Shown: positions 52,128 to 64,000 of the stretch, in pieces
How positions within the stretch are numbered: the first letter of the stretch is position 1
How the letters are laid out: each line of letters opens with the position of its first letter
From: Antedon mediterranea
Lineage: Eukaryota; Animalia; Echinodermata
Reading direction: 5' to 3'
NCBI RefSeq assembly: GCF_964355755.1
Contig: NC_092672.1
Span: forward strand, 3,410,001 to 3,474,000
Length of the DNA: 64,000 nt
Notes under the pieces: generated by a model
Seen by the model: only the letters and a program-made list of their open reading frames with translations
The model's database searches: none
Told to the model about the DNA's origin: nothing
Program-made: the position numbers and the translations under genes

Positions 52128-55100
52128 ATGACGTCACCAGTCTCTGCTGGAAACTCACCCATCAGCATTTCTTCTGTTCTAGTTAAAGAACCAGCAACAG
52201 ATACTCAAACACCGACTAAAGAGCCCGACAAAAGTAAGGAAACAAATCTTGTACAAAATATCTATACGATATTCGAGTTGGTTTCAATATTTTAAACACT
52301 TTTTTGAAAATTCAAATTGCGTTTGAAATTTAAATACACCTGGAATCATTAGCTGTTACATTACAACATTAACACTAATAAGACAATGTGGAAAATCCTC
52401 CAACGGTTTATTATGATTTTATACCCAAATTGTAGACGTTCGCAATTTTCTTCTATTGCCGTATCTCTATCTATTTAGCTGTTAAAAACTAATTAAACTC
52501 TGTATTTTGTTGTTAAAATTTAATTTAAATTTTAATTGTATTTAAAATCACAGGGTTGAACCAGGTAGAAAGACGGTATAGTCAGCGTTTGACGCCAACC
52601 TCTTCTCCATCCGGACATTCTCAAAGGTACTACTCACCACAGTTTCCTCGACGAAAACCAAACTGGAAACCAAACTCTCCTGTGACGCCTACAAATAAGT
52701 TCCTCACCAAAGATGGAACGAACAGTCCACGGGCAAAAGCAGGTTCACGTCAACTATTTAGGCCTAAACCATCACCGACCCCAACGTCACAGCTTCCTAA
52801 ATTTAATAAGAACAATTTCTTTAAGGAACGTTCACAGGCAGTGTACGATGACAGCGATGGTGACCAAACGCTCGAGTTGTCCAAGATGTCAAAAGGAAGT
52901 GTATCTGACGTTAGTTCAATTGGCTTCCCATATGACAAATGTTCAAGAACACAATCAAATTGTTACGAATCGGTAATTTTGTTTGTTTTTTAATTAAAGA
53001 TGTATTGTCCCCCAAACATGAAAGATGTATATTAATAAAATTAGACTTTAAATAGGTCATGTTGCAGTTTTAATAAAGTTATTCACTTCTGTAAAAAAAA
53101 AAATTATTTCACTTATAACAAGACAAACGAAACGGTTAATTTTAACCAAAAACCAGACAATTTAAATATTTTTGTTTTAAATTACATTTTTTTTCAGGTC
53201 AATCAATTTGTTTTCGATTCAGTTTTGGTCAAAGTAAATAACTATTACGTGACATTAAAATGGCATATTCACCAAAAACTGTAACAAAAAAATTGTTTAG
53301 CGGACAATATATCTTTAAGATTAGCTTAATTATGAACTTTATTTTGTTAGATTTTTGTGGAATTTCATATCAAGAGCGATCTTCAATTGGAGGTAAATAA
53401 ATATGTAACATAGCAAATGTTTTGACATTTTTCATCGTCATTTTTCCTAGGAAAACGGGTCCGAGTCTGAATCGTACATACGTGAGAACGAAGCAGAAAG
53501 AAGGCGGCGTCGTCGTCGACTTAGCGCTGGCAGCGTGTCGTTGATGAGCCTAGCAGCTAGTCGAGAAGTTCTCAACGATATTTTCAAAAGCGAAAGAAAT
53601 GAGAACAAATGGATGAAAGGTGTGATTGGGTTGTGCGTAGCAATATTTCTAGGTGCCATACTGTTCATCGGCTTGTACTACGGACTTTATTACATGGAAG
53701 TTGTGTCGGTCATCATCACAGCAGCGTCAACATTTTTCATAGTTCTAGGACTAGCATTCAGTGGTAAGCATATCAAGATAATTAATAGTAATAACATGTG
53801 TGTGTAGTGCTGTTTGCTGAGCAAATTACTATTAAATGAATATAAAATAAATGAAACTTTAAACATGTATACAGATTCTATCGACGAATAATTGACCTGT
53901 TTGGCCCACAATACAAATTCAACCTAGATTTTATCCGCTGATTGTACTCCATTATGTCCGATTGTCAACATGTATTTCATTTTTACAGAATGCACTAACA
54001 TTTATTATTTTATTTCTTGACAATACACAATTGTCATCAGTTATTTTCATTCGTTCTTTTACACAGGTTTATTAATTATTATTATTATAATTTATTATCA
54101 TTTATTAATAAAACATTGTTGTTTGGTATTGCAGTTAGATCAAGATGTATTGCGGCGTTAATGGTTCCAACTTTATGCACTTCCAGAGGGCGTGCTGCTG
54201 TTCTTGCTTTGACTCTTGGGCTAATATTGAACGGACCAATCAAAAACCTCATAAATAATGCAAATCAGCTGACTGAAGCCATGACGTGTAACTCTAAAGT
54301 AAGCAATTTTCACGTTATATACTTTAAATTAGGACTAATACAAAAATCTGGACAAAAACCAATTGATGATCCTATCAAATGTTATATACCAGTAGTATAA
54401 TTATGATGGGCAACAATAAAAAGAATTTAAAAAGTCAAATTAAAATCAAATAAAATTGAAAAAAAGCTACATGAAATTACTTTCCAAAAATTTTTCTTCT
54501 TTACATTTAAACCGAAAAAAATTATTTGTCTTTCAAAATTTAAACACGCTTCATGCTTCTCTATCACATGACATTTACGGATCCGTATGCACTTTACCTT
54601 TACTTTCGATTGGTTGCCCGCACTAAATTCACGCATGCAGGTAGTTAGATCAAGTATTTACAGTACAATTAAAATAATTAATATGATTCATATATTTGTT
54701 ATATTTTCGTTTGTAATTTCATCGTAAAAAGAAAATAAAAGAAGTTGCCATTGTCATATAGGTTTTAAATATGCATAGTGAACAAATACAAGAAGCTGCG
54801 TTAAAATCATTTGATGATTACGTCGAGAACGTAGAAGCCAGTCTAGAGACACTTGAATCTATAGCCACGAAAATTCAAGAGGATATAAAACCTCTCACTA
54901 AAAGAATTACAGATGTTAATGGCAAAATACAGGTACTTTGTGTACATTTTTTCATAAAAATACTAGAACATGTATCTTAGTAAAGCTGTCTTGGCAGAAT
55001 TTGACAAATATTGTAAACATTTTCTTAAAGTTGCCTGGGAAAAAAGGAGCTAATTTGCATTGTTGTTATTAAGAAAAGCCACTGCATTGTTTTTGTATTA

Positions 55101-57580
55101 CTACTGTATTTAATGTCTATGTATGTATCGCTGAGTGTACATAAATATACATATACCTGTATATTTCTTCTACTTTTTTTTTTTTAATTTGTTTTATGTT
55201 TATTTGTATGTAGTTTAAGTTGACTGCACCACTAATGAGTGTGTTGCCACTGATCAAAAAGTGTTTATCAATCATGACGTGAAATTGTATTGCGCCCTCT
55301 ATATCGTCACACAAATTTGGTTTCCTCGGCGCAGCAGAATTAAAATCCATCAACAAATATATAATGTGGTCCTTAATTATTAGATTATTACAAACATCTG
55401 CGCATGCTTAACTCTTACCGCGCAATCATATCGTCCGATATATTTTACTCTTTGGTGGTCGTAATGAAAGCGTCTTAAATAAAATAACTTTATTTTTCTA
55501 GAAGACAGCAAATGCGTTGAAGACATCTGCTAATCAGTGTAAAATAACGATGAACGGCGCATACAAAGACTGTAAAAACGGACTACAAAAAGCGTACGAG
55601 GATTGCAAAAAACAAGTTGGAATAAGTAAGTCGACGTTTTGAATGGCCATAAACCCCGGGATGTCTCCGGAGATCACTCTGGAGTTTTGGTGTGAAAGGG
55701 GTATTAGGGTCTTTCATCCGTCACTTGTTCCGGCGGCACGGTTCCGGTCCGGCGGCGAAAAATCAAAGCGAAACATTCACATTCGATCTGAATTTCTGGC
55801 ACCGGACCGGAACCGTGCTGGAATAGGTGTGAAAGACTCTTGAAAAGCCCATTTACACTAGGGCAATAACGATCGACGATAAAAGATAAAGATGCATTTA
55901 AAAAAAAATAATTTAAAAAAGTTTTCATCCTAGAACTATAGAATTATCATCTATGCTGCCTTTCATGAAAATAATATTTCCACACGTCCAATCAAATGAC
56001 GTCATGATTAGTAAGAGCAATAATATCGTTACAATACAACGATTTTATTGTTTTTTTATTGACCATGATATCATTTTATTGGATTTTTAATATCAAATAT
56101 GGCATAAATGATTATCCTATAGTTCTAGAACGAAAACTGTTATTTTCTTTTGTTTTATCCAAGAAAAATGTATGTTTATCTATTTATCGTCGATGGTTAT
56201 CCCCCTAGTGTAATTGGGCATTAAACGTGAGTTTTACATCTACAACGATTCCACCACCACTTACGTTGCCTTTTTTCCAATACTATTTTAGATATTGTAT
56301 TTATATGTGAGCCTCTGGGTATTACTGATGCTCTCTGCGAAACAGTCAAAGTCGGTACCGGGATTTGTCGGTTACCAGAGTTAGGAGATGACATATTTGC
56401 TAAACTCAATACTGACGAGTTAGAGGAGGCAGTTGAAGAGTTAGTTGACATGTTTGAGGTCAACGTGGACTTTGTACCAACGTGGCAGGACGCGCTCGTC
56501 AATTTTACAGGCGATCCGAAGGCTATTGCCAAGAAAATAAGCGCCAAATTAGAAGACACGTTTGGAAAATTTGATATTATCATCTTGTATTTTGACCGTC
56601 TTGTTGCGTTTTCGGTTGTTTATTTACTCTACCGATCATATAGGTATCATTCAAATTATGTCACAAAGGACCAGTTTGATAATTTTTACATTACAAAAGA
56701 GTTCCGGAAAGTCGATAAAAATAGACGTGAAAACGGTAAGGAATTTGTTCTACCGCTTAAAAAATATGAGAAGAAAACTATGATTGATGTGACCACGTTA
56801 TCACTATCTCATCCCGAGAAAGGTTCCTTCAAAATCGGCTTAGCATCAGTTATTCTAAAAGCACTTATAACAGCTATCATCATACTAGTTGACTATGGAT
56901 TCTATTGGCTACTAACAGTAATAGAAAGTCAATATAAGGAAATCAATTACAGCGCATCAGGTGGAGGCGATCTGAGCTACAATATTGAGGGTAATGGTTT
57001 AATGGCGGACTTTGCACGCAACCTGTACGGGGAAGGCCCACAAGATTCAAACACGTACGAAATACAATCACAGGCACAAAAATGTATTCCAAAACCATTC
57101 AAACCAGAGGACAATACTGCCATTATTATAGGTGTTTTATACGGTGTAATCATATTGACTGTTCTTTTCCAAGCGTACGCTTTGCGTTTACGTCGCTGGA
57201 TCGCGTCATATTATTACCCAGAGCGTGAACAAGCTCGAACGATGTATCTTTACAACAAAACGCTGAGAAAACGTAAAACGCTTTGGTCAATATTAAAACA
57301 AACCATAAAGGAGAATCGTCGAGAACAGGTTGAGGCAGAGAGAATAAGTTTTAGGGCGTGGTTAGCTACGCACAACAAATTATGTGGTATTATATTCGCG
57401 AATAAAATGCATGTGTGCCTCGGCTGTGCAACCGGAGAAAATGAATCGTTTTATATTTGTGAAACTCCGCGGTGTAGTGGCGCATACTGTGGTGAGTGTT
57501 TGGAGCAAGTTGGGAGTCTTTGCACATTGTGTGGCGATCCCATTGATATTGAAAGCGGTGTTAAAAATCCCAAAATATAA
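52128..57580 (+). CDS. DC-STAMP domain / RING-like protein (DCST1/DCST2-like), paralog 2. Exons 52128-52233, 52554-52972, 53451-53763, 54135-54298, 54762-54932, 55502-55625, 56292-57580(stop)
   Basis: Same intron positions and phases as paralog 1. Open frame from MTSPVSAGNSP to the C-terminal 8-Cys domain. Confidence 0.9.
52998..53314. mobile_element. Kolobok-like MITE shared with paralog 3 (62554-62865)
   Basis: TTAA|AGATGTATTGTCC...GGACAATATATCT|TTAA. A related end occurs at ~48923. Confidence 0.75.
55705..56219. mobile_element. Two adjacent palindromic MITEs (~55705-55841 and ~55847-56219) in the last intron of paralog 2
   Basis: agggtctttca...tgaaagactct with gcacggttccggtccgg/ccggaccggaaccgtgc arms; and gcccatttacactaggg...ccctagtgtaattgggc. 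Confidence 0.7.
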
Positions 57581-58539
57581 TTTAGCTGCTGTGCGCGGAT
57601 CGCTGCCGACACTAGGCATTATTTATCATTAGTTAAAAATGGCATTTGATGCCGAATCCCAAAAATAATATATAAACAATACTTGATATATACTGAAAGT
57701 TGTTTACCTGGTTTAACTAAAGAGATTTCATCTCTTGGCTTACGAAAACATATCTCTTTCGGCTATAGGTAATTACTAGGAACTTTAATTGACTCAGTGT
57801 CCTTAAAAGATATATAAAATAAAAATATTGTCAGAATTAAATAGGTCAATCTGTAAAAACTCATGGATCATGTTTAAAAATATACTTACACAAGAGCATT
57901 CCATGAATGTATTTTATTAATTTTTTTTATTTTGAAGGTTACTGTAAATAAAGTAATTTGTACAAAAATGTAAATAGTGTAAATAAAACAGAAAGAGAAA
58001 AAAAGGAAAAACACTAAAAAAGAGAGTAAACAAGAAGCACGGAAAATGCTATACGGTACTATACAAGAAACTGGTTATTGAGTTGCTTTTGATTCTATAT
58101 GTATTGATATTGTTTCAATTTATATGTAATGTAAATGTATAAATGATCTCTTACAGAGTTTTTTTTTTAAAGATGTAAGGGGAAACTTAATGTTTTTACT
58201 CAAATATGAATGAAAGAAATAAATGTTTATTTGAATTGAATTGAATTTATAAATGAAAATATTTATATATTTAAAAAGATAATACACAAACATAAACACA
58301 TTTTTTTTTATTTATCAAAATGATTATGTTTTGAAATGAAATAAAGGTGCGTGAACCTCACAAAAGAGAAAAAAAATGTCCTTAAAAGACCTATTGCCAT
58401 AACTGTTAGGCTTTGGCAAGATGATAGTAACTATGAATGAAGTTATTCCATAATAAAACCTCAACCATTAAAACAGAATCATTCTGTATGATCAGATAAA
58501 ATATTACTCACTTCTTAAACTTCTACCGATTTACATAAA

Positions 58540-59491
58540 TCAAAATACCATACATAGAATAAGGAATGGCCTAATGTCCGCTGAACTTGAACTTATATCT
58601 GTTGAAATTATGCCCAACAAATGTAAACCCCTTGTAATAATATTATGGTATCGACCACCAAATTCAACTACTTGTCTTTTTGACCACCGAAAAAATAGTT
58701 TACGTAAAATTGAATTAGAAAAGAAAGAGTTCATGTTGATGGGGGATCTAAATTGCGACCTCCTATCTATCGAACCACATTGTTGTTACACCAAAAGATT
58801 AAATGAAATTACTACGAACGTTCAACTTGAGCCCGTCATACATGAACCTACTCGTATAACCAAAGATAGTTCAACGCTTATTGATGTAATGTTCTTTACC
58901 AACGTTTCAAAGGTTTCACAATCTGGCGTTATACATGCTGGTCTCAGTGACCACTCCATGATATACGCTATATTGGGAAAACTAATAAACCATAACACGG
59001 TAAATAAACAGAAACACAAGTACAAATTTTAAAAGATTTAATGAAAATGACTTTATCTCTGATCTCCAACATATAAATTGGAATGAAATTATAAATAGTG
59101 GAAATGTAGACGAAAGTGCTCAACTACTTGACAATCACCTTATAAATGTAATTGATAAACATGCTTCTATGAAAAAACATAGAATAAGAAGGAAAACGGC
59201 TTGGTAAAGATATTATTAAAATGATGCGAGAACGAGATAAATTCCAAAAAATATGTAATAATTCTAATGATGAAACACTTTGGAAAAAATACCGTAAATA
59301 TCGAAATGCATGCAACAAATTAATTTTAAAAAGTAAGTCAGATTTTATTAAAGACAAAATAAACGAAAATAAAAACGATGTTAAAAAAAACATGGAATGT
59401 AATAAGACATATCATACCATCAAATAAGAAAAGTCAACATATTCAAAGTATTTGTAATGATAATATAAAAAATACGGATGATAAAGAAATC
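58540..59491 (+). mobile_element. Degraded non-LTR retrotransposon (CR1/L2-type) ORF2 fragment: APE endonuclease and linker
   Basis: YRPPNS...MGDLNCDLL...EPTRIT..SSTLIDVMF...GLSDHSMIY, then frameshifted MRERDK...WKKYRKYRN. Truncated before the RT domain. Confidence 0.9.
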
Positions 59492-61675
59492 GCAAAAATT
59501 GGATGGAAAACAAATTATTTACGTGAAAAAAACTGAAATTGAAAGTAAAAAATAATCAAATTATTGGAATTAAATGGGTGTAAAAAAGTAAAAACATTAT
59601 TTTTTAGTTTTTTTTCTACGAAAGTGATTGCCTCAAAGTCTTTTATTTCATATATCTTCATTTTTCATTTTTTAGTATCTTTAATAAGAAAAAAGTGGTT
59701 TGATAATCTGAAAATGAAAGAAAAATTGTTATGTATATTATTTAAAAAATTTTGTCTCTGAATTTTCTGACGGAGATTAACTTGACAGCAAATTGACATA
59801 CAGTATAATATTTAAAGAGTTCTACATTGGTGATCGATACTGATCGATACAGAAATCAATCAATACAAACTGATAATACCTGTATATGTACAGTACTATT
59901 TCTATGCCTTAATCAGCCGGTCTATGTAAATAAATTATACTTTATGTAATGAAGCTTATATATTTTGTACTATAATATGTACTATAATATGATGAATAAA
60001 TTAAACAACAGGATATGTTGATTCTGGGCTATGTATGTAGTATGATCATAATAAATAGTGTTAAAAAACAAACAATAATATTTATCCATTTTCTAGAATT
60101 TTGTTTAGTAATTTAACATCGGAAATTATGTATGCATTTTTCACTCCATTGTATACGTTCAACACGCCACAAAAATAGTAAAATCATTGCGGGGAATTTA
60201 TACGATTGTTGAAAGACCGGTTTCCTGAAATTGACAGCTCCGTATTTACCTTTATTGTTCCTGTTGACCCACCAAGTGTCATTCAATGACATTTCAAACT
60301 TCAAACTAGGACTACATACATACCATCATACGCAAGAGAGACGTTGTCATGTTCGTTGATAATGTAGATCTGCTTTCAACGTGTAAGTTTATTTTTTATA
60401 AATTTAACTTAATTTAAGTGTAACAGTTGTAAAATTGGATATTATCTCAATTAAATAGAATTGAAGTATATTATTATATACAAATAATTATTATTATGTA
60501 GTAGGTTTTTGAACAACCATTGTGAACAGAATGGCTGAAATAGTAATCGCTGTCGTTTTATTCATCTTTCCAAATATGATCTATTTTTTTAAAACGTTGT
60601 AACAGTATTTTACAGGGGTATGGCGTTATTTGCAATCTGCATTTTGAATAGTTTTAACAATATTTTAACATAGGCCTATAAATAACATTGCCTTTTGCAA
60701 TTTTATGTATTTTTCTTTGTTGTTTCATTGCCTTAATTGTTCCAAGCGAAATGGATTTCCATTTTAAAGCGGATCAATATTTCTTAAATCTTTAATCTAC
60801 CAAAATCCGTAGATCTGCATAGTGTCTACACGTTACAGAATAATAGGTTAATTTTACTACTCCACGCCCCTCCACCACCATTGACAGGTTTTTAAAGTTT
60901 TATTGATAGGATAGGACTGTTATAGTTGACTGTTTCTTCTAAAGATTGGTTCCCGCTAGGACGCAAACCATTGATGTGACGGCTAATGCGTAACTTCGTT
61001 TATGATTGGTCAAAGTACCTTATCTTATACAAATTATCTTTGCCGTGTCCAGTCACCTGAAATCACCAAAATAAGTACTTGGAAGTGGCGTAAAGGTTAC
61101 GGGTTTCTTCGAATAAATTGCAAGGCGATCTTTGACGTACACAATATACAATTGATATAAAAATAGAATTTACTTCCTGACTTTTTACACGTATCAAATG
61201 CATATACGCGTTTAACAAAGAATATACTTTAGCACATTATTACATTGACATATAGTTGATTTAAGTTCGTTGCAATCTCAATCACTAATAAGAATTAAAC
61301 ATAAATAAATAATATTAGATCAATTGAGATAATGTATTTTTGTACCGATTCTTCGATCATTAAAGAATTAAAAATGAATTAATAATAATAGTTAGTTTAT
61401 TATACCGTCGCGATTGCTTACGTCGTAACTTACGTTTTCCTTTTATTAGTTTGCATCAATTATTTTAATGTTTGACTAAATTGTTGGGGAAACCCCAATG
61501 CTTGTTAGTCCGTTATTACTATCCTACCAACGGCTATAATATTATACTATGCGTATATTACCTAATAATATCTTACAAGAACACGAATTATTTTTTATAT
61601 TAGTTGACTTAAGTGAATGACAAAAACATCAAGAGAAGCTGTTAAGACAAGTAAAAGACAAACAGTTCACCAACA

Positions 61676-63893
61676 ATGACGTCACCAGTCTCTGCTGGAA
61701 ACTCACCAATCAGCATTCCTTCAGTTCTAGTTAAAGAACCAGCAGCAGACCCTCAAACACCGACTAAAGAGCCCGAAAAAAGTAAGGCATATTTTACAAA
61801 ATATCTATACGATATTCGAGTTGGTTTCAATATTTTCAACACTTTTTTTAAAATTCAAATTACGTTTGAAATTTAAATACATCTGGAATTATTAGCTGTT
61901 ACAATATTACACTAATAAGACAATGTGGAAAATCCTTCAACGGTTTATTATGATTGTATACCCAAATTGTAGACGTTCGCAATTTTCTTCTATTAATTGC
62001 CGTATCTCTCTATCTATTTAGCTGTTAAAAACTAATTAAACTCTGTATTTTGTTGTTAAAATTAAATTTTTATTTTAATTGCATTTAAAAACACAGGGTT
62101 GAACCAGGTAGAAAGACGGTATAGTCAGCGTTTGACGCCAACCTCTTCTCCATCTGAACATTCTCAAAGGTACTACTCACCACAGTTTCCTCGACGAAAA
62201 CCACACTGGAAACCAAACTCTCCTGTGACGCCTACAAATAAGTTCCTCACCAAAGATGGAACGAACAGTCCACGGGCAAAAGCAGGTTCACGTCAACTAT
62301 TTATGCCTACACCATCTCCCACCCCAACGTCACAGCCTCCTAAATTTAATAAGAACAACAATTTCTTTAAGGAACGTTCACAGGCAGTGTACGATGACAG
62401 CGATGGTGACCAAACGCTCGAGTTGTCCAAGATGTCAAAAGGAAGTGTATCTGACGTTAGTTCAATTGGCTTCCCAGATGACAAATGTTCAAGAACACAA
62501 TCAAATTGTTACGAATCGGTAATTTTGATACGTTTTGGTTTTTTTTTTATTAAAGATGTATTGTCCCCCAAAAACATGAAAAATGTATATTAATAAAATA
62601 AGACTTTAAATAGGCCATTTTGCAGTTTTAATAAAGTTATTCATCTCTGTAAAAAAAATATTTCACTTATAACAAGACAAACGAAACCGTTAATTTAAAC
62701 CAAAAACCATTGTCTGACAGACAATTTAATATTGCTTGCTTTAAATTACATTTTTTTCAGGTAAATCAATTTGTTTTCGACCAGTTTTTGGTCAAAGTGG
62801 ATAACTATTACGTGACATTAAAATGGCATATTCAACAAAAAATGTTTTTAGGGGACAATATATCTTTAAGATCATAGCTTAATTATGAACTTTACTTTGT
62901 CAGATTTTTTGGAGAGCTTTAATTGGAGGTAAATAAATATGTAACATAGCAATTGTTTTAATAATTAAACATTTTTCATCGTCATTTTTCCTAGGACAAT
63001 GGGTCCGAGTCTGAATCGTACATACGTGAGAACGAATCAGAAAGAAGGCGTCGTCGTCGACTTAGCGCAGGCAGCGTGTCGTTGATGAGCCTAGCAGCTA
63101 GTCGAGAAGTGCTCAACGATATTTTCAAAAGTGAAAGAAATGAGAACAAATGGATGAAAGGTGTGATTGGGTTGTGCGTAGCAATATTTCTAGGTGCCAT
63201 ACTGTTCATCGGCTTGCACTACGGACTTTATTACACGGAAGTTGTGTCGGTTATCATCACGGCAGCGTCGACATTTTTCATAGTTCTAGGACTAGCATTC
63301 AGTGGTAAGCATATCAAGATAATGATTATAATAGTAATAACATATATATGCGTGTGCAGTGCTGAGCCGTTAATATGATCATTAATTTAATATAATTACT
63401 ATTAATAATTAAAACTATTATTAAATGAAAATGAAATAAATGAAACTTTAAACACGTATAGGCCTACATATTCTATCGACGAATAATTGATCTGTTTGGC
63501 CCACAATACAACTTCAACCTGGATTTTATTTGCTGATTGTACTCCATCATATGTCCGATTGTCAACATAGTATTTCATTTTTAAAGAATATTTAACTAAA
63601 AATGCACTAACTTTTATTATTTTATTTCTCGACAATACACTATTGGCATTAGTTGTTTTCATTCGTTCTTTTACACGGGTTTATTAAGTAAAATACTAAT
63701 AATACATTGTAATTTGTTTTGTATTGCAGTTAGATCAAGATGTATTGCGGCGTTAATGGTTCCAACTTTATGCACTTCCAGAGGGCGTGCTGCTGTTCTT
63801 GCTTTGACTCTTGGGCTATTATTGAACGGACCAATCAAAAACCTCGTAAATAATGCAAATCAGCTGACAGAAGCCATGACGTGTAACGCTGAG
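61676..63893 (+). CDS. DC-STAMP domain protein (DCST1/DCST2-like), paralog 3, 5' part; continues beyond the window. Exons 61676-61781, 62097-62518, 62995-63304, 63730-63893
   Basis: Highly similar to paralog 2 in exons and introns, with open frame and intact GT-AG sites. Confidence 0.88.
62554..62865. mobile_element. Kolobok-like MITE at the same intronic position as 52998-53314
   Basis: TTAA|AGATGTATTGTCCCC...GGGGACAATATATCT|TTAA. Confidence 0.75.
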
Positions 63894-64000
63894 GTAAGCA
63901 ATTTTCACGTTATATACTTTTTATTAGGACTAATACAAAATTTGGACGAAAACCAATTGATGATCCTATCAAATAAGGTTATATACCAGTAGTATAATTA

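Overview
AT-rich, intron-rich animal genomic DNA, probably from an invertebrate deuterostome such as an echinoderm (inference from protein similarity and repeat types). The ORF track is mostly exon fragments and noise. Reconstructing exons by hand gives: (1) the last 6 coding exons of argininosuccinate lyase (ASL, +, 370-4087); (2) a complete 11-exon ZCCHC8 (-, 15016-6930) with two minor-spliceosome (U12-type) introns, one AT-AC and one GT-AG; (3) a complete 12-exon APPBP2 (-, 26422-17431) with a probable GC-AG intron; (4) a head-to-tail array of at least three DC-STAMP-domain, C-terminal RING-like genes (DCST1/DCST2/Sneaky/SPE-42-like, +), the third running off the window. Copy 1 seems to have a long isoform and an internal first exon. 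Copies 2 and 3 look like duplicates of the short, internally initiated form only. The paralogs are mosaic: near-identical blocks sit next to a highly divergent extracellular segment. Introns hold many MITEs (PIF/Harbinger-like, Kolobok-like, TA-target), SINEs, LINE fragments, three Penelope-type minimal hammerhead ribozyme motifs, and a duplicated tRNA-like cloverleaf with an unusual ATC anticodon framed by a 71-bp inverted repeat. All gene models are manual and have no transcript support.
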